The notes under the pieces were generated by a model. The model saw only the letters and a list, made by a program, of their open reading frames with translations. It ran no database searches and was not told the DNA's origin. The position numbers were made by a program, and so were the translations under genes. Below, piece by piece: positions 1-12,600 of a stretch of 64,000 bases of DNA (within the stretch, counting starts at the first letter, position 1; every line of letters begins with the position of its first letter). Origin of the DNA: Leucoraja erinacea (Eukaryota); NCBI RefSeq assembly GCF_028641065.1, contig NC_073389.1:29822001-29886000 (forward strand), given 5' to 3'.

Positions 1-274
1 GTCGCCGACCAGGTAGGTAGGGGACTAAGAATTAAAGTTTCCCCCTTCACCCCTACACCACCACCACCACATAAAATCCCTCCAAACTAACTGACTAACA
101 TTTATGCAATGATTCTCCCGGTCTCCGGGGAGGAGGCAGCTGCTCCAGACTTTTCAAGCCGCCCGCGCTACCTACCTAATCTACGCTAAAAATCTTCCAT
201 TCTGAAATCCGAAAATGTCCGAAATCCGACAAGTGTCTGGTCCCAAGGCTTTCGGATAAAAGGTTGTGCACCTG
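1..274. mobile_element. End of a pogo/Tigger-like (Tigger4/MER46-like) DNA transposon or MITE
   Basis: Ends ...TCGGATAAAAGGTTGTGCACCTG followed by TA (275-276). The reverse complement CAGGTGCACAACCTTTTATCCGAAAGCCTTGGGACCAGA...CGGATTTCGGA resembles the recalled Tigger4 end. The other end is outside the window. Confidence 0.6.
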
Positions 275-844
275 TACCAGTCACATTTGTGGGATGCAGT
301 CGGAAACCGAATCACCCAGAAGAAACAAATGCAAACACCACATAGATAGCACTAAAGTTAAGTAGCTTGAATTGTAAGGCAGTACGATCTTGGATTCTGG
401 TTCTGATTTGGGAAGTATTTACTTGTCTATGAGCAGTGGGTTCTGCATTTATAATTGAGACACAGGAGTCTGTAAATGCAGGAATGTGAAACAAAACTTA
501 AAATGTTTCTAAACTCATGGCATCAAGCAGCATCTTTGGAGGCAAAGGGATGGTCAACATTTTACCCGAGACCCTGGGTCAAGACAGAGTGTGCAGGGGC
601 GATAAACAGCATAAGGAAGAGGGTGGTGGGCAGATGGAGCCACGTGGGGGAGAGGAGAATGGGAAGGGTGAATCAAAGGAGAAGAAACCCAGTTAGGTAG
701 GTACATGGGCGATGGACGCATGGAACTAGTGAGGGACGATGATGGCAGAAAGGTTGGTGTTGGAACAGGAAGTGGAGTTGGAATGATATGCAACTCTCAA
801 GTCAAGATGGCCGTCGCAGAGAGTGTGGAAGTACTCTGCCAAAT

Positions 845-1625
845 GTGGTTGAAGGAACTGCAGATGCTAGTTTATACCGAAGATAGACAGAATATGCTGG
901 AGTAATTCAGTGGGACAGGCAGCATCTCTGGAGAGAAAGAAACATAGAGACATAGAAATTAGGTGCAGGAGTAGGCCATTCGGCCCTTCGAGCCTGCACC
1001 GCCATTCAATATGATCATGGCTGATCATCCAACTCGGTATCCCGTACCTGCCTTCTCTCCATACCCTCTGATCCCCTTAGCCACAAGGGCCACATCTAAC
1101 TCCCTCTTAAATATAGCCAATGAACTGGCCTCAACTACCCTCTGTGGCAGAGAGTTCCAGAGATTCACCACTCTCTGTGTGAAAAAAGTTCTTCTCATCT
1201 CGGTTTTAAAGGATTTCCCCTTTATCCTTAAGCTGTGACCCCTTGTCCTGGACTTCCCTAACATCGGGAACAATCTTCCTGCATCTAGCCTGTCCAACCC
1301 CTTAAGAATTTTGTAAGTTTCTATAAGATCCCCTCTCAATCTTCTAAATTCTAGAGAGTATAAACCAAGTCTATCCAGTCTTTCTTCATAAGACAGTCCT
1401 GACATCCCAGGAATCAGTCTGGTGAACCGTCTCTGCACTCCCTCTATGGCAATAATGTCCTTCCTCAGATTTGGAGACCAAAACTGTACGCAATACTCCA
1501 GGTGTGGTCTCACCAAGACCCTGTACAACTGCAGTAGAACCTCTCTGCTCCTATACTCAAATCCTTTTGCAATGAAAGCTATAAGAATGGGTGATGTTTC
1601 AGGTCGAGACCCTTTTCAGACTCTG
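845..1625 (-). mobile_element. Short Penelope-derived element split by a young CR1 insertion
   Basis: 845-940 (gaaggaactgcagatgct...gcagcatctctggagag) and 1583-1625 (aatgggtgatgtttcaggtcgagacccttttcagac) are the two halves of the repeat seen intact at 31240-31375. Confidence 0.75.
938..1581 (-). mobile_element. CR1-clade LINE (HER1-like), 5'-truncated, young
   Basis: ORF 1025..1528 ([15 protein letters not shown]...RTRGHSL...[14 protein letters not shown]) is the CR1 ORF2 C-terminus; 3' tail GGGCCGAATGGCCTACTCCTGCACC plus (TTCTATGT)n. Confidence 0.92.
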
Positions 1626-2814
1626 ACTCCAGAGTTTCAGGTCTTGACAGCTGAAGGCATGGCCATCTGTGGTGAAGAGATTAAAATTGGGAACTAAGGA
1701 GGACAGAATTGGAAACACTTGGAGAAATCCTTTGAAGGTTTTAGGGTTTGAAGAAATTAAAGCTGAGGAGTGAATAAGAAGAGCTTTTCTAATCAGTAAG
1801 CATGTGTAGTGATTTAGACCAAATTAGGATGGGTATACGAGTGTTGAATAGTTTCCAATTTATGTTATTCATTGATAACTACTTTCTCCATTTAATGTTA
1901 TAACTGTATAATATAAACTAATGATTGGGCCGGAAACCTCAAAGTCATCTGTGTGAAGCTTTGTCATAAACATTTTGGAAATTAGATTATACAGTCTCAT
2001 TATCCACCATTCGGGTTTGTTCCAAAAATTCTAATCACTGATGTGTGACAGTGCCACATTAAATTCTTGGCTATCTGATAAACCTGAACTTGAGCGAATG
2101 CTCATTTTGGCCATACAAAATTTTTGCAGGGACACAAGGAACTGCAAATGCTGGAATTTTTAACAAAACACAAAGTGCTGGAGTGACTCAGGAGGTCAGG
2201 CAGATTTGTGGAGGGTATGAACAGATGATTTTTCATGTCAGGATCCTTTCCCAGCCTTGGAAAGGTTTTGTATCCGGGAAATGAAATGGCATGACTTTTA
2301 AACAATGCAGTCACTTCTTTCTCCGGTGCCATAATTATAGATAGTTATCAGTAATGTGTATGTGTACCTTTCCATACTATTCCACTATTTTTATATTGAA
2401 CTGTCAGTTTGCATTGTGATGAGGGTTCAGATTTTAGAGTGGTGCCGTAAGGTTTTGTTTAACAATGCTTTGGCAGATTAGCACTTAAGAGGTTGTGCCT
2501 TTCTTAGGAGATTTCCTGATGCTTTTAAATCATTGATGTAGAGCTCCTTTCTAATCCGTCTGATCCCTTTAACCTACTGAAAAGGTAAACTCAAAAGTTT
2601 GCTCGATGTAGCATGGAGCAACTGAGATTATACTAAAATATTCATTTTACCAGCTCAAACAGTCATTTGCAGTATTCAGTTCAGAAAGGATTCCATCTTA
2701 GCTACGCAAGTATGCGTTTACACTTAGTTTTCAGTGTGTGGGCGTAATAAAGCAGTGAAATAACATTTTGGGAGCAGGCTATTCTGTGAAAACAACTAGT
2801 TTTCATTAGCAAAT

Positions 2815-3270
2815 TATGGATGCAGAAGACCCGGTGGGCTGCAGCCTGTAAGGGGAAGCCACCGAACCGGCCCCTGCTCATCCCCCGAACACCAGAGAGA
2901 AGGGTACCGGCGACGATGGATGCGAGGAGCAAGGCTGGTAGGTCTGGTCTTCTGTGCCCTCAAGGTCGGCTGCTGGAAGCACTCCCGGAACACAAAGGTG
3001 GATGGGTGAAGAAAGGGACATTGGTTCGCTGGTTGATTCAGACGTCTAGTAAAGCTGACGGCTCGTCTGGATCAGGCAGGTCTCTTAAGACCTAGAGCGC
3101 AGACTGGACTTTGAAAAACATGGCGCCTCTTGCATGTGGCCCCATTGGACTATTTCTGTACACTTTGCAAATCAAGGATTGTGCTTAGATATGGCAATAC
3201 TTTACTGAACTGTATGCAAGAAACAAATTTCACTGTGTTTGCACATGACAATAAAGCACCATTGAAACAA
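2815..3270 (+). mobile_element. GC-rich repeat remnant ending in a Rex1-like 3' tail
   Basis: CpG-rich body; tail tatgcaagaaacaaatttcactgtg...catgacaataaagcacc is similar to the Rex1 3' ends at 17095-17160. Confidence 0.4.
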
Positions 3271-3271
3271 A

Positions 3272-4355
3272 CTAAGATTGTTTGCTGCACGCGAGGATGC
3301 TAAAGAGGATAAGAGCCCATGGTATTAGAGGGAAGATATTCGCAGGGATAGAAGCTTGGCTGAATGGCAGAAGGCAAAGAGTGGGAATAAAGGGGGCTTT
3401 CTCTGGTTGGCTGCCATTGACCAGTGGTGTTCCACAGGGGTCAATGCTGGTGTCGCTACTCTTTATGTTGTATATCAACGATTTGAAGGTCAAGCTTGCG
3501 GATGATATGAAGATAGGTGAAGGGGCAGGTAGTGTAGATAAAGCAGGGACTCTGCAGAAAGATTTGGACAAGTTGGGAGAGTGGGCAAATAAGTGGAAGA
3601 TGGAATACAGTGTGGAGTCATGCATTTTGGTAATAGGAATAAAAGCATAGACTATTTTCTAAATGGGGAGAGCATTCAGAAATCGGAAGTGCTAAGTTGA
3701 CTTGGGTATGCTGGTGCAGGATTCCCAAAAGTTAATATACAAGTTGAATCAGTATTAAAGAAGGATGTAATGCTGAGGCTTTATAAGACACTGGTCAGTG
3801 CATTTTGAGGATTGTGAGTAGTTTTGTGCCTCATATGTTAGGAAGGATATGCTGGCATTGGAGAGGGTCCAGAGGAGGTTTTTGCAAATGATCCCAGGAA
3901 AGATTGGGTTAACGTATGATGAGCGCTTGATGGCACTGGGTCTGTTCTCACTGGAGTTTAGAAGGAAGAGGGGGAACCTCATTGAAACTTACGGATTAGT
4001 GAAAGGCCTGGATAGAGTGGATATGGAGATATTGTTTCCATTAGTGGGAGAGTCTAGGACCAGAGGGCATAGCCTCAGAATAAAAAGGACGTACCTTTAG
4101 TAAGATAAGGAGAAATGTCTTTAGTCAGAGGGTGGTGAATCTGTGGAGATTCATTACCACAGATGGCTGTGGAAGCTGTTATTGGGTGTTTTTAAGGTGG
4201 AGATTGACAGATTCTTGATTAGTAAGGGTGTCTGGGGTTATGGGGAGAGGGGCAGGAAAATGAGGCTAAGAGGGAAGGATAGATCAGCCGTGATTGAATG
4301 GCGGAATAGACTTGATAGGCCAAATGGCCTATTTCTGCTCCTATGACTTATACGT
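3272..4355 (+). mobile_element. CR1 LINE reverse-transcriptase fragment, degraded
   Basis: ORFs 3282..3650 (SGVPQGS, YIND, ADD) and 3849..4100; CR1 3' tail at about 4285-4350. Confidence 0.9.
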
Positions 4356-4828
4356 TCATTGCTATTGGTGAGATCAGGGAGGTACGGAAGCTTTTTTTGG
4401 GGGAAAGGGAATTAAATTATTCAGCCTGGTTTTGCTCACAGTATGTGGGATGATATGACTAGTTTGAATTAGATTTTGCTAAATTCTTCTGGCAACAAAT
4501 AAACAGTTCCAATGATCCAAGGTTGGCTGTGGGACTAAACAAAATAGATTTTTTTTTTAAATCTTACTGCTCTATGGCAATCTGTTAAACCATGCCAAAA
4601 GAACAAGAGGATTAATTGAAATTAAGGCTTGTCTGTGCAATCCTTAACCAAATATCCATTTTAGCTCAATTTAATTCAATTTATTCCATCTTAAAAAGTG
4701 CCAAGAGATGATGAGCTATTTTGTAAAACTTCAATAATACATATGCTGGGGGGCTATATGTCATAGGAAGGAGATTAAAGCAGATTTATAAGAACAGTTT
4801 GATGAAATACCAATATAATACAATATAT

Positions 4829-4910
4829 GTCTGAAGAACGGTCTCAACCCGAAACGTCGTCCATTCCTTCTCTCCGGAGATGCTGCCTGAGTTGCTCCAG
4901 CATTTTATGT
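4829..4910 (+). mobile_element. Short Penelope-derived insert with hammerhead-like motif and 12 bp TSD
   Basis: CTGAAGA...GAAACGTC at 4831-4858; ATACCAATATAA at 4807-4818 and 4911-4922. Confidence 0.75.
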
Positions 4911-4916
4911 ATACCA

Positions 4917-5936
4917 ATATAAAATGTATCTTCTTGCATGAAGCTACACAGATTATAATTTTGACCATGCAACAGCCTGAAATACCACAAATGAAGTCAC
5001 CTGTGAGTTTGAAAAATCTGTGTGATGCTCTTCCTCCCCAGCATATTTGCAACTTTTAACATGGTTGACTTCCACCATGTTCCTTTACAGGCATATCAAA
5101 TGCAACAACCACAATAAATATGCAATAAATGATCAGTTATTCTAGGTAGACCATGATAGTGCAAAGACCAAAGTACGTAGAACAACTTTGGTAATGCCAA
5201 GTCCATACTGGTCGCGTGCTGATTGAGTCAATCCGATAACTGAACTTGTCCTACACATGCCTTCCTCATCTAGATTCTGCCTTGCAGGAACAGGTGGACG
5301 ATACAGAATGTAATTTGGTCTCACCTCTCTTAAACCCATCTATTACTACTGTAGTGTAAAGCTGCATATTCAGTATTAAATCTTATATGAGCTGCAGTTG
5401 TTTCAAATAATCACTGGGAAAGGCAAAGCTATTTTTTTCCAACCGTATCACAGATTCCATCCCTTTCTTGAACATTGCCTCGCTTTGAGCCAGATTTCTC
5501 AATTTCATTGATCCTCAGCTGATCTTGTGGCTCAATATTCTGCTTATGACAAAGTATGTATTTCCACAAGCAAGGCCAAGCCCATCATCACTCTCTCCTT
5601 TGCTTAGACTTTCATTCATGCCTCTGAAAACTGTTCCAGTGGGTAGAATTATACACAATCTTACAGAACTGTAAACAGTAGCTGTTCTAAAGCAGTGACG
5701 CTCATATTTGATTCCCCATCAAGGTCCCCTGACTTCCCAGTCTTTGCAATCATTGTTCGTTTCCAGTTTTCTTGCCTCTAACATAGAATTCTTGTCCAGG
5801 TAGTTAGAAGCTGATATAAATTGTAGCTTCTTGCATGAAGCTACACAGATTATAATTTTGACCATGCAACAGCCTGAAATATCACAAATGAAGTCACCTG
5901 TGAGTTTGAAAAGTCTGTGTGATGCTCTTCCTCCCC
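4917..5936 (+). repeat. 123 bp near-identical direct repeat (4917-5039 and 5814-5936)
   Basis: Both copies read cttcttgcatgaagctacacagattataattttgaccatgcaacagcctgaaata...gatgctcttcctcccc, with about 4 differences. Confidence 0.9.
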
Positions 5937-8309
5937 TCTAGGGCAGAGGGGAAAAAATTACCGAAAGGCCTGTTTCCGCGCTGTATCTGCAAACTAAACT
6001 AGTGTGTGAATGTGGGATCGCTGGTCGGCACGGAATCAATGGGCCGAAGGGCCTGTTTCCACGCTTAATTTCTAAAGTCTCATGTTTTACACACCTCTGC
6101 TAGGATATTTTTACCGTGTACCCTATTACTGCTATCATAATTTTGCACGCATTAATTTGGTCTCTCTTCAGCCCCAGGGAAAACCAGTCCAGCCTTTCCA
6201 GTCTGTCCTCATAACTGAAACACTTGTCCCTGGCAACTGGTGGATTCCCTGATGAATCTCCTCTGTACCCTCTCCAGGGAAGTCACATCTTTCTGTAGTG
6301 TGGTCACCAGAATGCATACAATACTGCAGCTGTCCTTACCTTTCACCCTTTAGAGAAAGAACAGAATGGCTCTGAACTCTTGCTATTTCACATTTAGCTC
6401 ACTCCCACTTGCTGCAGGTAGACTTACCTAGTAAAGTAACTGTTTGAGAACACCACCTCATAATCTACTTCGGCAACCTACAGCCCAATATGAACACTGA
6501 ATTCTCCAATTTTAAGTTATGCCTCCCTACCCCACCTCTCGATCGTCTTTCCTCCTAGCCCTCCCGGCCCACCTCGACCCAGCATGCACACATTTCTCTG
6601 ACTACTACCACCCCACTCTCTCTGCTCCTTTCCACTCCTCCAGTGTTCATCTCCCACCCCTCTCATCTCCGACTTCATTTCCCATTATATCTCCTTTCCT
6701 CATCCACCCATATCCGTCTCTACAATGTTATATTCCACTCTTTCCTTGCCTGACACCCTTTTATCTCCTTTCCATCTCTAGCTTTTGCTAGTTATTGCAC
6801 CCATCTACCAATCAAACCGCCTCGCCTGCAGCCACCCTATGTCAAACCTTTATGTCTGGCTTTGTCAACTTGCCAAGCTTTTTTCCAGCTTCCCCTCTTC
6901 CAGTCAGCCAGATGAAGGATACTGCCCTGAAATGTCGTGTTTGTGTTTTTATCTCCATATATAAGAAATTTGTTTCCAGGCTTCTAGGGTTTTTCTTGCT
7001 GTTTCTACCTTCTATATTCTGGAGACTTACTGCATTCAGTGTCTCTTGTGTCTTCATTGTTAAAGCTTTAGGATTTCAACCACAAGTGAAACACTGTCAT
7101 CCTTAGACATCGGCAATTGATTTACATCATGTGTGTATTGCTGGAATGGCCGGCTTTTATTGCTCATGTGTGTGCTCTTGAGAAAGTGGAGGTAAGCTAT
7201 CTTCCTACTCCACTGCAATGGTGAAGGCACTGCTCTGTAACAGTATAATGATTTAAACCCAGCAGTAAGTCAGGATATGTGACCTGGGAGGGGAACTTGC
7301 AGAGGCTGTCTCCTTCCTTTCAGCTGATGCACTAATATTAGGCACCACTTTGCTGAACATTTTAAAGTAAGTTAGATATTTTGGTTTAATGCGAAATAAA
7401 AAGAGGATTCTAATTAAAATCCAATTTAATTTATGTTTTTTTCCACCCTTAATTGTAGGCAATTGATTGCCTCTAATAACTAGAGGGACTAACAAGGAAA
7501 TTAACATGAATTCTGTGGAGCTAGCTCTAATTGTTTAAAAAGATTACTTCACACTTTTCCAAGTCTCCCACACAATGCATGTGTACAGTTACAGTAAAAA
7601 ATCCATCCGCAATGCTTCCAGATTATTTCCCATTTATCAGACTGCAGGAAACTGGCTGCCTCACAGTATGTCGCATGTCCACTAAAGGTTCTGTTTAAAT
7701 CAGGATGTGCCATGCCAGAGGCAAACTATTGTGTCTGTCTACTTTGAAGTTTTCATGAAAACAGGACTGTGCGGCTTTTTGATTATTATGGTGGCAGAAT
7801 TTTAAATGTCAAAAATTGCAGTTAGTTTTGGAGGAATAATATGTATCTTGTAACAGTACCAAAAGCAAAATGATGTGTGAAACAGAGAATTAATGTATGG
7901 ATGAGTTTTCATCAGCACTAGAGAATGTTAGCAACCAAACATGCTTTAGGTTGCAAGTAAGGGCTTATAGAGGAAGCTGGGAGAAGAAAACGAAGGTAAT
8001 GTCTGTGATGAGGTGGAGACTAAGCAACAGAATGTCGCATGTGGTGGTAGTGGTGCGGTGGAGAGAAGATGGTGCTATGAGTTGGGGTTGATCTGTCTGG
8101 AGCATACGTAAGTAGGAATTCAATGAAAACAGCAGAAATAAAACTGCTGTAACAGTTGTTGCTGGAACTGAAATAAGAGAATACTGGAAATCAGCATGTT
8201 AGGAAACATTTGTGGAGAGTAGTGATGCAGATATTACAGACTAATGACCTTCCATCACGACCAACCAGTTCTGAAACAAGCTGTAAAGACCAAATGATCT
8301 GGACTGTTG

Positions 8310-8440
8310 TGTTTAAGAAGGAACTGCGGATGCTGCAAAATCGAAGGTACACAAAAATGCTGGAGAAACTCAGTGGGTGCAGCAGCATCTATGGAGTGAA
8401 GGAAATAGGCAATGTTTCGGGCCGAAACCCTTCTTCAGAC
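8310..8440 (-). mobile_element. Short Penelope-derived insert with hammerhead-like motif and 23 bp flanking direct repeat
   Basis: Reverse complement GTCTGAAGAAGGGTTTCGGCCCGAAACATTG; AGACCAAATGATCTGGACTGTTG at 8287-8309 and 8437-8459. Confidence 0.85.
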
Positions 8441-9468
8441 CAAATGATCTGGACTGTTGAATAGAATCAGGAATTGGAAAATATGGAATTGGGTCCTTTG
8501 GCCCACCATCAAGTACCTATGTTTACTGCAAGTTGAAATTCTCCGGTCCAGCATTGTGTCATACAATTCTAGTGGTCCAGCACATTTGAATCTGTATTTC
8601 AGATCTATACTGAATAACTATTTCTTATCAAAACATGCCAAGATCTAAAATTAACTAAGAGGCATTTTCATGTGAGCAGATATCACAGAGCTGGAGAATG
8701 TAATAGGAGTTTTTACAGGAACTAGGGTGATGGATAGATTGAGGAACTGGTCACCTGAAATGGATATTGATTACTAACGTATCCCTGAGATAGAAAGAAG
8801 ATAGTCAAGAAAAGGAAAGCAAGAGTGAAAGATGGGCCAGGTGAAAGTGAGACTGAGCTAGAAATTGGAAGCAAACGGGATGAAGGCTTTCAGGTCTGTA
8901 TGAGACCAAGAGATTCACCTATATTTGGACAAGGTGAGGGAGGAAACTTTAGTAGAACTAAATCCCACAGAGACATGCAAAACTGGACGTGCAGGAAATG
9001 AATAGAATTAACAGGAAGTTCATTGTGAGAAGGAGTTCAATCAGCCAAAAGAGGGTGTTGATGATGAAGTCTGGTGTAGTTAGAGAAGGATTAGACATCC
9101 GTAAATGAAAATAAGTTAACTAGATCTTGCAAAGTGGCAGAGGGTGTGAGCGGAGTTATGGGTGTAAGTTTGAAGAAACCAGTTACAGGAAGATAGAATA
9201 GTCAAGCTAATTATAAAGAAATTTTGTGTTGCAAGAAATGATGGGCCTTCCAGGATAGCCCTATTTGTGGTTAGCAAGAATATGTAGGTTGTCCCTGTTG
9301 AGGGACTATGAGGCTGAAGGTTGTTCAGATTAAATTAGATCAATGACTGTCTTGGAGGTGATAGAATGGTGTGCGCTGTTGGTGTATTGACGGACTTTGG
9401 ATACATCATGGCAAAATAATAGACAACACTAACTTTGTTCTAAATGGTGCATTTTGTTTCCTTGGCAG

Positions 9469-9613
9469 ATCTGTCGAAGAATAGACTGAATGAAGTTCCG
9501 CTGGAAGTATGCCACTTTATCTCCCTGGAGACATTGAACCTGTATCACAACTGCATCAAAGTCATTCCTGATACAGTCATCAATCTGCAGGCATTGATGA
9601 ATTTAAACTTGAG
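9469..9613 (+). CDS. LRCH1: LRCH1 exon (probably exon 2), LRR: (D)[47 protein letters not shown](S)
   Basis: ttggcag|AT CTG TCG...TTG AG|gtgagc; 145 bp, phase 1 to 2; LxxLxLxxN repeats. Confidence 0.95.
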
Positions 9614-12600
9614 GTGAGCCTAATGATCAGACTGTATTTGAACAATCTGTGGTGTGAGCACACATTCACATTCAGAATCACAATCATACAGTATTCCGCC
9701 TGTTGTACCTGTTAATCCTATTTACCCGCATTAAGTCTATACCTTGGGATTCAAGTATTTGTCCAGTTGCTTCTTAAATGCCACAAGACTATCAGCCTCC
9801 ACCACCACTTCAGACAGCACATTCCATATTGCAAACACTCCTTCCCCCTCCGAATCCTAAATCTCCTACCTCTCTCTTTGAACCTATGCCTTCTTATCTT
9901 ATATGAATTAAGTTGGGGATTATTAGGATGGATAGTAAAAATCCATTTCCCATGGTGAGAAAAAGGTTATTTCTATCTACACTACCTACTCCTATTGTAA
10001 TATTCTATACTTTCAACGTCCTGTGTCTGGGGGAAAAAAAAGACCAGTTTGATCAGTCTCTCTTTATTATCGTAATGCTTTCAATTCAGGCAACATCCTG
10101 GTGAATCTCCTTAACACCTTGTCATAGAGTTGTGCAACACAGAAGCAAACTCTTTGACCCAACCGCTCGATGCCAACCAAGATTACCGGAGCTAATCCCA
10201 TTTGCCTGCGTTTGGATAATATCCCTCTTTCCAATCCATGTAACTGAGCGTCTTTTAAACATTGTAATCGTTCCTGCCTCTGAGTTCCTTTGGTAGTTCA
10301 TTCCATATACCGACCGCCCTCTGTGTGAAAAGGTTACCTCGGATCCCATTTAAATATTTTTCTCATCCTAAACCTCTGCCCTCTAGTTTTAGACACTCTT
10401 ACCCTGGGGGACAGAACCATCCACCATTATCTATGCCCCTTGTGATTTTATAAAACAATGCCATTTCGGCCTTCCTATGGTGTCGCAATTAGAACAGCGC
10501 ATAGTTCTCCTGTTCTAACCAGTGTTTTATAAACCTGCAACATACCATGACACAATACTAGTCATTCACTGTTGGAGCTGATGTAATCAATTTTTACTTA
10601 AAAATTAGTTCTCATTTCCATGGGAGTTGATGAGGTCAGGAGGGGACATGGTTGAGGTAGATACAATTATGAGGTATATATGCCATGGAATATATAAATT
10701 AAACTGCAGAAAATCTTTTCCCTTATGAGAGGTGAATAAATGAGGGAACATAGATTTAGGGCAAAGGGTAAACGATTTAGAGAGGATCTCGGGGGGGGGC
10801 GGGGTTTATTAAGTTAGGATTAATATAGGTGGGTGCCTTTTGACGGCGTGAGGTGGGTGGCCAAATGGCTTGTTTCCTTTGATGAATTGCTATATATTTT
10901 ATTACTAGAACCATTCTGTACCAATCCCCTTTTACTCCCAATATTATTATCTTCAGTTAAGTTGATTGGAGAAAATTAGTTGGTGACAGACCTGTTTCAT
11001 TGTGATGAATATGGCTTTATAACCACAAAATGCCTTGTGTAAAAACTGAAAATAAAAAAAGTTATTGACTTTCTGCAAATAAAATGTAAAATTCTCGTGG
11101 CTTCAGTTATGGAATTGTTCTAACCAGTTATCTTTCCAAATTGTTGGGTGAAATTGACGGTAATGCTGAGTGAATCATTGTGTCCCTAAAGTCACCTCTG
11201 TGTGAATCAAGTATGTGGAATTTCACATAAAAGCATTCCCACTTCCAAGCTGGTCCATTCTGGAAATTTGAGTTATGTCAGCTGAATGGCCTATTTCTTG
11301 AGCAACAATACAGAGATTTCTCGGAAGGACTGGAACTTTACTAAAGCTCATTCAGGAAAACTTTGAGACATGCGAATGCAGATACTGGAATCTGGAGCAA
11401 CAGACAATCTGCTGGGAGAACTCAGTTGGTTGAGCAGCATCTGTTGGGGGAGGGTGGGGAGAAAGGGATTGTCAACATTTTAAGTCACAACCCTTAATCA
11501 GGACTCCTTCAGCAGATTGTTTGTTGGTTCAGGAAAAATTTGAATAGCTCAATAACCCCGTACAAAGGACCAAATATTTGTTACAATGTGACTGCTTGAA
11601 TGGCTTCAACAACATCTTTGCAGCTAAATGTTTTCTACTCCTTCCTGTTATGGTGTATTTAACTTGATAATTTGATGGCAAAAAACGGGGAGCATTCAGG
11701 CTTTAAATTTAATGGCCTAAATGCAATCCACGGGGAAGAGAATTGATTATGGTGCACTAGCACTTAATGATGGCACAAGCTGTGAGTGCCCATGTTGAGT
11801 AGGCTCCCTGCTGCACGTGTACAATGACTGCCGGAGGTTTTATTAAAGCTATTTGTGAACCAGTTTGTTAACTAAGGGGCACAGGAACATTATGGCTAGG
11901 TTACTGGGCCAGTATCCAGGAGTCTGGAGGAGGCCTATTTCCACCATAGACATTATGGGAATTCAAATTCCAGTTACTAAATTAATCTCATATGAAACAC
12001 TTGTATCGGTTCTGATGACCATAGAATGGCTGGATCGTCATGAATATTCATCGCTTCTGGGCAGTCCTCAGGGTAGAGGTTGACTTGCTTTCACTCCAGT
12101 TTGTGTATTTTAATGAGGCTTATATGGGAATGCCAGACTCTTCCATCGTGATCGGAAACTTGTTAGTTAGGGGGACAGACAGGAGATTTGGTGACAGCAA
12201 CAAGACTTCAGGATGATGTGTGCCGAACTGGTGTCAGGGTCAAGGATGTCTACGAGCGGTTGCAGAACATTCTCAAGGGGGAGGGCGAGCAGCCAGAAGT
12301 TGTGCAGATTGGCATAATAACATGGGTAGGAAAAGGGATGAGGTCCTGCAAATTGAATATAAAGTGTTAGGCAGAAGATTAATAAGAAGGACCCTGGGGG
12401 TAGTCAAGTCCCAATTATTCCCAGTGTCACATGCTAGTGAAGGTAGGAATAGGAAAATAGGACAGATGAATGTGTGGCTCAAGGATTGGTGCAGGGAGCA
12501 GGGTTTGAGATTTTTACACCGTTGGGTCACTTCTGGGCCAGCGATGACGTACTGGAGGAACAGGTTGCATCTGATCTGGAGGGGGATCAATATGCTTCCA

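Noticed and set aside
2820-3095. 91 aa GC-rich ORF as a small gene
   Set aside because: It has no recognisable domain or splice context and is attached to a Rex1-like 3' tail, so it is probably repeat-derived.
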